Part shown: positions 53,801 to 63,181 of the stretch, in pieces
How positions within the stretch are numbered: position 1 is the stretch's first letter
How the letters are laid out: each line of letters begins with the position of its first letter
Virus record (IMG/VR): IMGVR_UViG_3300044970_001297
Coordinates: 28,789-92,788 of that record
Length of the DNA: 64,000 bases
Strand: one strand, 5' to 3'
From: a virus
The notes under the pieces: model-generated
The model's input: only the letters and a program-made list of their open reading frames with translations
What the model was told of the DNA's origin: nothing
Database searches by the model: none
Program-made: the position numbers and the translations under genes

Positions 53801-56566
53801 ATCATTGCAAACAGCCGACTTACAATGAAGGACATCATTGATGTCTCAAAAAGGGTTGACAATCTTGAGCAGCATGTTGTCGTAAGCGACATCGAATCAA
53901 ATGCTCTATACAGAGACATAAAGACATCCGATGGTCAAGATGCCATCATCAGGGCGGTTCTTGTGGATTCATTTGACGGACATTCCATTGGAGATGTTTT
54001 GAATCCAGATTACCGTTGTTCGGTGGATATCGAAAAGGGAGAACTAAAACCAGGCTTTGACTCTCATGCATTCAGCATGGAGTATACCGATTTAGATGCT
54101 GGAATAACACTGACGACAGACAATATACTCTGCGAGTCATTTACACGCTACGCAACTCCAGTAGTACAGCAAGACAAGGCAAGTTTCGTAACTGAAGTGA
54201 ATCCATTCGGTTTTCCGAATTGGGTTGGCGACATGACCGTTTCGCCGCATGGCGATTTCTGGTTTGACAGGGATTTCCGCCCATTGGTCAAGTACAACGA
54301 AGATGGCGTCAATGATGCTTGGGCTGCTGGAAATAACGATGGTTTGAATGGACACGGAACGCAGTGGAATGATTGGGAAAGCATCTGGTCTGGTCTATCA
54401 ATAGAATTGACGGAAGCAGAAAGCAAGAAGAATGCAGAGTTCTTTGCAAGAAGTCGCGAAAAGGCTGTTGCAGGATCACTGGATAAGAAGTTCTTCAACA
54501 AGGAAGGCATTCTTCGAAAGACCGAGACCATCGATTCGAACAAGAATGTGTATCAGGTTGATTTCAGAAAGAAAGACTACTATACGAATGTCTCCACAGA
54601 CACCGTGTTGAACAGCAGCGTCATTCCTTACATGCGAGACAACATATTGGTGTTCAATGCATACAACATGAAGCCTGGCACTCCAGTCTATGTCTTTGTT
54701 GACAATACAGACATGAGCGACATTTGCTATCAATACGACGATAGCGGGGCGACTCTTGATCTTGTCGCAAGAGGAACTGCATTTGGTACTCCGTTCCTGA
54801 CAGATCCTGCCGATGGATCTCTGCGAAATGTTGTTCTCCCAATACCACGCGGGCTTTTTGAAGTTGGCGAGAGGTTGATACGAGTCACGGATGATCCAAA
54901 CAACAATGTGCAGAATGCCACGACTGTTGCTGAAACCATATTCTTCTGCAATGGTATCAAGGGACAGAATGCATACGACATTCAATCTGTTCGTACACCT
55001 GAGATACGAAAGCAGACCCCAAACAGCAACAAGGTAGTGTCAACTCCTCTGTACAAGAGCAAAAACATCAACACCATCAAGTACAATAATTGGATAGATC
55101 CAATGTCTCAGACATTTGAGATCAAGAATGAAGTCTATCCAAATGGTCTCTATGCAGAAAGCGTGGATCTATTCATTGCCTCGGCAGATGATGAACTTCC
55201 GATCACAATCCGCATTTGCCCAGTCGTGGGCGGCATTCCCCACACATCAGTAGTGTTGCCGTTCAGCACGGTGGTCAAGAATCCAAGCGAACTCAATGTC
55301 GATTCATCGACTCCTGTGGCAACAACATTCAAGTTCTCCACACCAGTGTTCCTTGAACCAGGCGAGTATGCAATCACCATACACACGAACAGCAGACTCT
55401 ATTCCTTGTTCGCAGCCAAGATTGGAGAAAAGGATCTTCTCACTGATGAGAGGATATCATCCACATTCTCTGGTGGATCTCTGTTCAAGTCACAGAACAA
55501 TTCGCAAACAGTTGGTGAGAACAACACAGATCTAATGTTCAAGTTGCACAGATGCCAGTTCAACACAAACTCAAATGGTATTCGGACATTTGCTATAAAG
55601 ACGGTTTATGAAAATGACGACTATTCTGCTGATGACATCAAGAATATTGGGTTGCTTCAGCCAAATCTGTTTGTATTCACACCAGATAATGTCAGCATGG
55701 TTGGCTCTCTTGAGGCAAACGGCAGGACATATTTCTTCTCAAACAGCAGAAGCGTAAAACTCAATAACATATTGGATGAGATAAATGATGCATCGACGGT
55801 GGAGTTGAATCTCACCGCCACTAACACAAGCGATGGCATTAATACATTCATGATCGATATGGACAAGACAAATGTAATTGCCGTATCATATATCATCCGG
55901 GATCAACCAGAGATAATCACGGAAGCGACTCCATATGCATTCAGACCCAAGAGGAGAAGGCGCAGGAGGCTTGGAGTTGGATACTTTGGGACTCAGAGAT
56001 ACAAGCAACTTGCATCACAGATACAAAAACTTGGAGATAGACCAATCCCAAACAATTCAGATGGAATCGTCGGTGCTGGACTCAATAGAAGAGGAAGAAA
56101 GAAGTGGGTTTATAGTCCAAGAGGATTCGTGCCACAATACATCAGCAATCCGCTTGAAGATCTACCACTCGTAGGAATAAATGATGATGACAACTCAAGG
56201 TACATAACGAGATCCGCGACCATTTCAAATGGTCTAACTGCCAAGGAACTCAAGGTCTATTTCGATGCAAACCTTCCAAATGGGGCGTTCGTCAATGTCT
56301 ATGGCAAGACATACAACACCACCTTGTTTGCAAGAAGTCCAGACGAACAACCATATCGCGAAATGAGCGAAGAGCCATCAAGTGGATTCAGTTCCATATC
56401 TGGAACCAATCAGTTCTCGGTGGATGAAAACGACTATAGAGAGATGTCGTTCACACTAACAGCCCCGATTGACTTCAATACCTTCCTTGTGAAGATCTGC
56501 ATGTACACCTTGAACAAGGTCAATGTGCCGACCATCAAGAACTTGAGGGTGGTGGCAGTCGAATGA
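50843..56566 (+). CDS. Large virion structural protein (DUF4815/VrlC-like)
   Basis: PYYDDF...LFRPGYAVQSRELTQLQ..LQNQI, GKAYVYG, YLPRIDK, VDSF, VNPF, DPMSQTF. Confidence 0.85.
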   Translation: MPSHDLELFNVTPYYDDFNEDKRFLRMLFRPGYAVQSRELTQLQTLLQNQIGIFGDHIFKDGSVVIGGQITTQTLNFVRLRPQSLQTATTPVAKTLTSDEVVGYNIIQRDVDDNIIAKAKVISLLPSYSAADDYAVAIVSYMSGNEFTAGATVEFDTPNLLYAAIATDSSTVPFKGDCRTVAVAEGIFYINGFFVKTNNQLQPAYAITDEIRQFANPTGSMGLNVKSTIVSERDDFTLRDPANGSYNYNAPGSHRYRIDLELIFTGVSDQTNFFELVRYDAGEVVKKFDNSQYPELVKMFAQKNYEQTGNYIVKPFSITMKEKDATTLYAEIGTGKAYVYGHEYESAFKDQVEIPKAREVGEFEEIEAQNRFDNYVVGKYKTQLGFGYADNPGRAQYHTDLSFLFYGIDEQGNPGNRPILVYGTTGAPLTTTHYISNGFSGAVFTALMHKLELGSSGNQGNHSLFPIGQNGAAYGLEMKAYLSNISVLREPTTSAPNAKLNLYSINQKTGESSRVLFDLDTLRDVVPESNSLLPKFNNFANQKLLFPLNGDVPTTLIKDNDKISYTHTVYRSFSVIDGVNEQPAIVVDLNDSSYSWCNQYGNVPEANNEIVLTKGDGYYLMWQGSSNASASQGNASYPHQGEILRIVEPGVPNVSVNAGPNNNFIVEFPTAKITVNGNAIQFTKPLFPGQWVLVGRVRAKNQVPSSTSYNKIRIKTLQTGATETISSGLQTSKRVINESQSYANNVGIFSLYFLLDKADVFKIDRVIDLTDGNSGNDISYKFEFDSGQRDSVYGLGRLYVKSKYIGDFTSSTPLEEPTYNFRVEYSYFTHSGYGPFVKESYANSGVSYENIPVFSDPKTGESINLVNAIDFRPVETIIGYRQRGVTGSFSADASAGSNNIPVLAYEGGFIPDNYSIKSDYTAYLPRIDKIVVSKNISADEENTTIRRIPGIASDSPQIPEDLNESMTISILSIPAYTYNPDDVKTNIIANSRLTMKDIIDVSKRVDNLEQHVVVSDIESNALYRDIKTSDGQDAIIRAVLVDSFDGHSIGDVLNPDYRCSVDIEKGELKPGFDSHAFSMEYTDLDAGITLTTDNILCESFTRYATPVVQQDKASFVTEVNPFGFPNWVGDMTVSPHGDFWFDRDFRPLVKYNEDGVNDAWAAGNNDGLNGHGTQWNDWESIWSGLSIELTEAESKKNAEFFARSREKAVAGSLDKKFFNKEGILRKTETIDSNKNVYQVDFRKKDYYTNVSTDTVLNSSVIPYMRDNILVFNAYNMKPGTPVYVFVDNTDMSDICYQYDDSGATLDLVARGTAFGTPFLTDPADGSLRNVVLPIPRGLFEVGERLIRVTDDPNNNVQNATTVAETIFFCNGIKGQNAYDIQSVRTPEIRKQTPNSNKVVSTPLYKSKNINTIKYNNWIDPMSQTFEIKNEVYPNGLYAESVDLFIASADDELPITIRICPVVGGIPHTSVVLPFSTVVKNPSELNVDSSTPVATTFKFSTPVFLEPGEYAITIHTNSRLYSLFAAKIGEKDLLTDERISSTFSGGSLFKSQNNSQTVGENNTDLMFKLHRCQFNTNSNGIRTFAIKTVYENDDYSADDIKNIGLLQPNLFVFTPDNVSMVGSLEANGRTYFFSNSRSVKLNNILDEINDASTVELNLTATNTSDGINTFMIDMDKTNVIAVSYIIRDQPEIITEATPYAFRPKRRRRRRLGVGYFGTQRYKQLASQIQKLGDRPIPNNSDGIVGAGLNRRGRKKWVYSPRGFVPQYISNPLEDLPLVGINDDDNSRYITRSATISNGLTAKELKVYFDANLPNGAFVNVYGKTYNTTLFARSPDEQPYREMSEEPSSGFSSISGTNQFSVDENDYREMSFTLTAPIDFNTFLVKICMYTLNKVNVPTIKNLRVVAVE

Positions 56567-56733
56567 GGCAGTATTACAGAGACAAGTCATCGAAAACCTT
56601 GACCATAACTGATCCCGAGAAGGAGAAGGAAATCCTTTTCAGAAGGAAAGTCGATAGAGAGATTACTGCTTTAAAGAACGAGATAAATACTCTTAAAGAG
56701 AAATTGGACGAACTACTAGCAAAGAGAAACTGA
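56563..56733 (+). CDS. Small coiled-coil protein (56 aa)
   Basis: Hand-translated MRQYYRDKSSK...EITALKNEINTLKEKLDELLAKRN; ATGA overlap. Confidence 0.7.
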   Translation: MRQYYRDKSSKTLTITDPEKEKEILFRRKVDREITALKNEINTLKEKLDELLAKRN

Positions 56734-56734
56734 G

Positions 56735-59341
56735 ATGCCAACAGGTCCAGCAAACAGCAACTACATACTCCCCACGCTTACGCTGTCGGATACATTCTAC
56801 GAGTGGTATACCCTTACCAACAATGAGATCATTGATAAACTCAATAGGCTCAAGGTGTATCAGATCTCTGGAGCATCTGGCATCTGTGCCAGTCAGGGAA
56901 GCGATGGAATCGTAACTGTTTCCTTCGACAATGTAGTTCCTGGCGACCACACCTTCACCGGAAACATCACATTCGATGGCACTGTTACAACGGTAAACAC
57001 CAATCTAGTCACCATAGATGACTACAATCTCGTCCTTGGTGCAGTCAATTCAAGTGGCGGAACGGGTGGAACTTCCGATGCCATCATCACCAATGCTGGC
57101 GGTGGTGGATTGGTGATCGCTGGTGCATGTGGTGACAAGTACTTCCTATGGAAGGCGTTCGACGGCGGAAAGACATACACGGCATGGCGCATCAGCGACA
57201 GCCTTGCATTCGCAGGAGATGCCAAACTATATTCGGCAAACAACAAGTTTGTCCTGAGCGAGGGATCTGACAACACACCAGCGTCCAAGTTGATGGTCAC
57301 TACTCACGGATCTGGTTCCACAATAGACATTGAAACATACTTCGATTCGCCAGGCAAGACCTATGGCGCAATCAGTTTCATGAGCGATGGCTCGTCAAGG
57401 ATGATCAACTCCTCCTTGATAAAGAGGTTTGAGGGAATAACCACGGCTGCGTCTGCTGGAATCACCTTCGGTGTTGTTGTCAGGCACAACATCAACACTG
57501 GTGGATTGACATTGGCTAAGGCTGATAGTGCTGCAAATGCGGAGTCTTTGGGCATTGTTGTCGGTGTGAATGGAACAGCCGAAACAGTCGATGTAAGCAC
57601 AATAGGATATGTGAGTGGAAACTTCGCTAACGCCATCGACACCAACGATTCCATGTCCAATCTTGGAACTGGCGAGTTCTACTTCCTTTCCACCAGCCAG
57701 GCAGGAAAGATAACCAAGACTGCTCCATCTGCAACTGGAACTATTCGCAAGCCGATTCTCTACGCTCTTGGTGGTGACAAGGCAATGGTCATGAACTATG
57801 TCGGCAACAAGAATGTCGATATAGACTCTCTGTATTCGAAGTTGAATGCATCAAATGTCGTGATAAAGCACGATGCAAACTTCTTTTCCATAGGAGATGC
57901 CGTTAGATTCGAAGAGGGCATCACATCCGCAACCTTCCCATATGGATCGTATGTCAAGGCTGCAAACAACAGCGTAGAGCAAGCAGAGGCACTTGGAATC
58001 ATATCAAAGGTGAACTACGGAGGAAACTCCGCTGCCTCATTGATGACAGTTTCAGGATACATCGATCTGTCTGGATCGGGTCAGACATTCAATCCAGGAG
58101 CAGTTTACTTCCTTGGGACAGAAGCGGGATCCTTGACGGAAAGCACACCAATAAGCGTTGGTTCAGTTCGAAAGCCAATGTTGGTTGCAGTTACTCCGAC
58201 TGCTGGTATAGTGCAGAACTATGTTGGTCTTGTACTCAACTCTGGATCTGGATCGGGAACCAACATTTCTGCAAGCGGATCTGCTGCCAAGAACAAGTTG
58301 ATAAATGGAAACTTCGACTTCTGGCAGAGAGGTTCGACATTCGGATATAGAAATCCATCAACGGAGTCAGACAGATACAATGCAGATAGATGGAAACTTG
58401 TAAACAGCGGATCAGTTGCTGGCGATAGGCTAGGCATACAGATCAATCGGTTGCCGCTAGGACTTGGAGATCTTGACGAGTCTTCTGCATATTCCAAGTA
58501 TGGTCTTGAGATGGCAATAGGAACTGGTGGATATACTGCTGGAAGTTACACATACCTTTTCCAAAGGGTCGAGGGAATAGAGCATCTTCCTCGCGGAACC
58601 GCGACTGTGTCTTTCTACGCAAAAGCATCCATAGGAAATGCAAAACTTGGAGTTTCATTTAGACGAGACTTCGGTGGTGGAACGGCACCAGACTATGCCA
58701 CTACTGGTGTGGAAAGAAACTCGCAGAAGGTTCCAGGTTTTGTGATGAATGTTCCCACAAACTGGACGAGATTTAGCCATACATTCTCTCTGCCAGATTG
58801 TGCTGGTGGAATACTGGGAACAGGTGGGAATGATGGACCAGAGATTCAGTTCTATCTCAGAGCAGGAAGCGACCTTGTCGGTGAGGATGTGACCGAGGCG
58901 ATAAACCCAAACATCGCTGGTACATCAAGTTATTCGATATCGATTGCACAAGTTCAACTTGAATCTGGTAGTGTATCTTCATTGTTCGAACCCAATGAGA
59001 AATCTGCCGAGTTTACTGCCTGTCAGAGGTACTATCAGACAAATGCAAATACCACATCACTAGAGATGCCATATAGAGACCATGTAGATGGCGGACCATT
59101 TTTTGACGCAACAATGCTTGATTTTGGCCCCAGCGGTCTGGGAACACCAGAAATCATCTTCTTGCAGAATAGGATGCGAAATGCAAACTATAATCTTGGA
59201 ATAAAGACTTCAAATCTTCCATCGAATAGTTTATTGTCTTTAGCAGCAACTACTAAAACAACCAATGGTTTCCGAGTTGTGAGGTTGGGTAGTGTGTCTC
59301 AGGGATTTACCATGTTCTATGAAGCAGAAGCGGAACTATAA
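56735..59341 (+). CDS. Tail fibre-like structural protein
   Basis: LSDTFYEWYTLTNE N-terminus; two repeated AxA...ALGI...YFL...G..T domains; KNKLINGNFDFWQRG carbohydrate-binding-like domain. Confidence 0.75.
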   Translation: MPTGPANSNYILPTLTLSDTFYEWYTLTNNEIIDKLNRLKVYQISGASGICASQGSDGIVTVSFDNVVPGDHTFTGNITFDGTVTTVNTNLVTIDDYNLVLGAVNSSGGTGGTSDAIITNAGGGGLVIAGACGDKYFLWKAFDGGKTYTAWRISDSLAFAGDAKLYSANNKFVLSEGSDNTPASKLMVTTHGSGSTIDIETYFDSPGKTYGAISFMSDGSSRMINSSLIKRFEGITTAASAGITFGVVVRHNINTGGLTLAKADSAANAESLGIVVGVNGTAETVDVSTIGYVSGNFANAIDTNDSMSNLGTGEFYFLSTSQAGKITKTAPSATGTIRKPILYALGGDKAMVMNYVGNKNVDIDSLYSKLNASNVVIKHDANFFSIGDAVRFEEGITSATFPYGSYVKAANNSVEQAEALGIISKVNYGGNSAASLMTVSGYIDLSGSGQTFNPGAVYFLGTEAGSLTESTPISVGSVRKPMLVAVTPTAGIVQNYVGLVLNSGSGSGTNISASGSAAKNKLINGNFDFWQRGSTFGYRNPSTESDRYNADRWKLVNSGSVAGDRLGIQINRLPLGLGDLDESSAYSKYGLEMAIGTGGYTAGSYTYLFQRVEGIEHLPRGTATVSFYAKASIGNAKLGVSFRRDFGGGTAPDYATTGVERNSQKVPGFVMNVPTNWTRFSHTFSLPDCAGGILGTGGNDGPEIQFYLRAGSDLVGEDVTEAINPNIAGTSSYSISIAQVQLESGSVSSLFEPNEKSAEFTACQRYYQTNANTTSLEMPYRDHVDGGPFFDATMLDFGPSGLGTPEIIFLQNRMRNANYNLGIKTSNLPSNSLLSLAATTKTTNGFRVVRLGSVSQGFTMFYEAEAEL

Positions 59342-59353
59342 AAGAGGAATACG

Positions 59354-61168
59354 ATGGGAACAAGTGCATTTGATCCAATAGCATTAGCAGATAGCAGATC
59401 TGTGAAGAGCAAGATTTCCGAGCCTGGAATAACTGGCGAGGTTCTTTCTGTGGGAGATGTCATTCGGTGGGATCCATCCACGGATCTCTATGTCTTGGCA
59501 AAGGCAAACAGCCAAAACAATGGAAACTTCGTTGGAGTTGTCGAGTCCATAGACTCCACTGGATTCACCATCGTATATTCAGGTGAGATATCGTTGCCAG
59601 ATTCCCTGATGTCAACCATCAGCGGAGCAACTGGTTCCTTCATTCTGTACCTATCGGATACAAACGCAGGAAAACTAACAACTACAGCACCATCTTCTCC
59701 AGGAAGCGTGATCAAGCCAGTCATAATCATATCAGGAACAACCGATGATGGCAGCGACATAGTCGATGGCGTTGTCGTAAACACCGCTGGAGATGTGATC
59801 ATTGGAGACTCATCGGTTGACATCAGCGAGATACAGCCAGTTGGATCTATTCTTGCCTTTGCTGGAACTACTCACGACATTCCAGTTGGATGGGACATCT
59901 GCGATGGTGGATTCCTATCCGTATCGACATACCCCGATCTCTATGCGGCACTTGACGATGGAAAGGTACATGGGTTCATCCAAGGCTGCACCCTCAGTGT
60001 GAGGAGCGAAGGAGGATCCGAAATCCTAACGGCAGCAAACATCATCGGACAAACGGTGTTTGTTGGAAAGGCTGGAACCGAATATACTCTCACAGGGACA
60101 ATTCTAGCAGGGACTCCGAATGCCAATGGCACTGTCACTGGTGTCAGCATCTATGTCGAACCTCTTGCAAATGGCGAGCGACACAATCTTGAATTGACCA
60201 ACAATGATGTTGCAACATTTGGTTCAAATTTCAGATATTACACCATACTTGCACCATCGAAGACTCACTTCAAGAAACCAGACTTGCGAGCAAGATTCAT
60301 CATTGGTGATTCGCGAGGCATTACTGGCGTACAGGTTTCTGGATTCGACACATACATCACGGGCTTCTATGGTGGCGAGGAGGACCATACCCTCACCACA
60401 GACGAGATGCCAATCCACTCCCACGGTGCGACCTTCAATGCCACTCTTGCTGGAAACATTGGTGCAACACTCTCAGCAACCATGAATGAGGTTGGAACCC
60501 ATACACACCCCAATGTTAGAATACTTACAAATAGGGTTTTGAGCGCGAATGGAAACCAAAATGTATTTGTAAGTAGTACAAATAACGATCTTACCGCTAT
60601 GCCAGCCGCCGGTACTCACACCCACAATATAACGGGAACCGTCACCATATCGGCAAACTCACTGACACCAACCATCACTGGAACATTAGCAAATAGCGGA
60701 GCAGGAAACGCCCACAACAATGTTCCACAGCATATGGTTGCCATATGGATCATCAAGACTCGCAAGGATTCCGTGGCAAAGTTGTTCAGACTCGGACCAT
60801 CTGGTGGTGGAGCAATCATTGCAAAGAACACCGCCAAGAGATGGGCAAGGGCATCGTCTGGTGCTGGATGCACGGTGGATATTTCCTATGGAAGTGGATC
60901 GTGGACGGTTTCCAGACTTGGTCTTGGAGACTATCGCTTCACACACGACATGTTGAGTGAACTTGGAACCGCGGATCAGGAAAAATACATAGTTGAAGCG
61001 ACCGTCACAAAGAATGGATCGGGTGCCACACAGATGTTCTTGGCAAACCCATACAGTCTTCAGGGTCTTACATTTGGCGTTAGGGTATATGATGTCATTG
61101 GTGCAACACACAGCGACAACTTCCAGTACCTAAATCTCACCATCTATGGTGGTGGCACAGCACTATAA
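59354..61168 (+). CDS. Tail fibre protein with phage tail-collar domain
   Basis: PVGSILAFAG...GWDICDG...YPDLY, PDLRARFIIG, GGEEDHTLT..EMP.HSH, HTH metal-binding repeats. Confidence 0.85.
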   Translation: MGTSAFDPIALADSRSVKSKISEPGITGEVLSVGDVIRWDPSTDLYVLAKANSQNNGNFVGVVESIDSTGFTIVYSGEISLPDSLMSTISGATGSFILYLSDTNAGKLTTTAPSSPGSVIKPVIIISGTTDDGSDIVDGVVVNTAGDVIIGDSSVDISEIQPVGSILAFAGTTHDIPVGWDICDGGFLSVSTYPDLYAALDDGKVHGFIQGCTLSVRSEGGSEILTAANIIGQTVFVGKAGTEYTLTGTILAGTPNANGTVTGVSIYVEPLANGERHNLELTNNDVATFGSNFRYYTILAPSKTHFKKPDLRARFIIGDSRGITGVQVSGFDTYITGFYGGEEDHTLTTDEMPIHSHGATFNATLAGNIGATLSATMNEVGTHTHPNVRILTNRVLSANGNQNVFVSSTNNDLTAMPAAGTHTHNITGTVTISANSLTPTITGTLANSGAGNAHNNVPQHMVAIWIIKTRKDSVAKLFRLGPSGGGAIIAKNTAKRWARASSGAGCTVDISYGSGSWTVSRLGLGDYRFTHDMLSELGTADQEKYIVEATVTKNGSGATQMFLANPYSLQGLTFGVRVYDVIGATHSDNFQYLNLTIYGGGTAL

Positions 61169-61178
61169 GGGAGCATAA

Positions 61179-63161
61179 ATGGGAGAGTTTTCAGCACATA
61201 GAGTAACCATAGAGGCGGGAGAGAAGGTAGTTATCTCCTTGAATTTGCAACTCTATGTCTCTCCGTTCGGGGACGACTTGGTCAACAGCGGACTTGAGGA
61301 GGATTCTCCATTCAGGACTCCAAATAGGGCTTTCGATTACCTACAGGACAAGATCATTGCCGAATCTGGATTCGTGACGATAAACTTTGCTACTGGAATA
61401 TACGATCTTGACGATATCATCGAAATAGATCATCCTCAAGGCGAAAGAATAGCACTTGTCGGTGCAGAGCCAGAAGTCCTTCGTCTCCATTCTGTGAACT
61501 ACTACAATTCATATGGATGGACTGCTGCTGGTGTCTCTGGCTACTACAGTGGAATGAACCATGGAATCACCATCAACTGCGTTCGTCCAAGCGACAGTAC
61601 CGTCTTTGAGAACATCAATTCCAATTCCGAAAATTCAATCATACTTGTAATAAATGGTTTTGGAGTAATAATCGAATTTGCTGATAAAATAAACGACTCC
61701 AACTACAATCCGACATATTTCTATGCATCATATCCCCGCGATCCAAGAAACAATCTTCTACGACAGGCTGCTCTACTTGGTTGCCACAAGTTGGAAGGAG
61801 TCTTTGACGGAGGATCTTCATTGGCAAATGGAACAACTGGCGGATTCATGAGCATCAACTCCACCATCAGGGATGAATGGTTCCTGGTTCCGATGGCTTC
61901 TGGAAACACATCGTGGGGACGATACTTCGGTAATGCAGTTCCTGGTGCTTATGTGGGTGGTTTACCAGAAAGAACAATAGGAGATCCTAACTGGGCACTT
62001 GTCAAGCATGTTGATTATGGAAGCAGTGCCAATGGACCAACTGATGCTAACTTTATTTTCTGGGATCTAAATACTTTTCCATCCACATCAAATCGAAAAG
62101 TCTATCATAGAACCATACCACTTGGTTTTTATGGTTCAACCGCCAGTACGGGGATATCCTCTGGCTACATGGCTAATTTGATTGGAACCACATACCCAAC
62201 AGGAAGTTTCGGTGGACAGACAGCAGCATATACTGGAATAAAGACATCGGCAGAAAATTCTACTTCACCACCATCGATTTCTATTTCCGATGAAACCACG
62301 CGCCACTATTCTTTCTTGGGTCCAGCAAATTCTCAGATGAACGACAGCATACGATTTGGAAATAACTATCATGTATATGATGATAGGATTGGGTATTATC
62401 GCGGCGGAAGAATAGGAAACTACTTGTATGAACAGGCAAATATCACCTCACCCACCAATTTGATAGGGCATGTGGTAAATAGCAACAAGGTTTCCGTCAC
62501 TATTCTTCCGACCGTGTTCAAGAAAATGGGACATGTCATATCGGTGAAGTCTGGTGGTCTTCGCAAGATCAAGAACATATTCTTCGATGGCGTAGCCATG
62601 CCATACTTCTATAGCCTGATCGGTGCTGGTAGAATGAATGATACGGGCTACAGCAACAAGTGCGCCGTCTATGCCACCTCAAGCAAATTGGGTGAATCGG
62701 TTGCAAACGAGCCAGATGGACTTGGTTCTGGATTGTTCAGCAATGTCGGAATACGAGATTTCCATGTCGGGGTTTATTGCGACAACAACACCAATGGAAA
62801 TCTCGGAACATTGTCCATCAGCAACTGCTCATATGGCATGATAGCAAACAAGGGATCTTCTATCAGGACATATGGAAGCACATCCACGGGCTGCATGTTT
62901 GGTTTCTCTGCATTGAATGCATCCTCCATGATGGCAGACAGGTGCTTCGCATCTTTCAGCGGACACTCGGTGGTTGAGTTGAAGTTGAAGGACAAGGCTG
63001 GTTCCACGCTTGACTTCAATCAGAATTCATTCTATCACGGACAGACATACGCATCATCCGATGGGAAGATTCGTGGAACGGTTTATGATTGGGATTCAAG
63101 CCAGAAGACTCTGACAATCGCAGTCAGACACGGAATTCTTGAAGGCAAGAGACTACCATAA
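61179..63161 (+). CDS. Tail spike-like protein with pectin-lyase-type beta-helix
   Basis: LYVSPFGDD...SPFRT..RA...TINFATGIY; C-terminal SNCSYG/GF.A repeats. Confidence 0.7.
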   Translation: MGEFSAHRVTIEAGEKVVISLNLQLYVSPFGDDLVNSGLEEDSPFRTPNRAFDYLQDKIIAESGFVTINFATGIYDLDDIIEIDHPQGERIALVGAEPEVLRLHSVNYYNSYGWTAAGVSGYYSGMNHGITINCVRPSDSTVFENINSNSENSIILVINGFGVIIEFADKINDSNYNPTYFYASYPRDPRNNLLRQAALLGCHKLEGVFDGGSSLANGTTGGFMSINSTIRDEWFLVPMASGNTSWGRYFGNAVPGAYVGGLPERTIGDPNWALVKHVDYGSSANGPTDANFIFWDLNTFPSTSNRKVYHRTIPLGFYGSTASTGISSGYMANLIGTTYPTGSFGGQTAAYTGIKTSAENSTSPPSISISDETTRHYSFLGPANSQMNDSIRFGNNYHVYDDRIGYYRGGRIGNYLYEQANITSPTNLIGHVVNSNKVSVTILPTVFKKMGHVISVKSGGLRKIKNIFFDGVAMPYFYSLIGAGRMNDTGYSNKCAVYATSSKLGESVANEPDGLGSGLFSNVGIRDFHVGVYCDNNTNGNLGTLSISNCSYGMIANKGSSIRTYGSTSTGCMFGFSALNASSMMADRCFASFSGHSVVELKLKDKAGSTLDFNQNSFYHGQTYASSDGKIRGTVYDWDSSQKTLTIAVRHGILEGKRLP

Positions 63162-63181
63162 CAAAGATGGATGGCTAAAAG

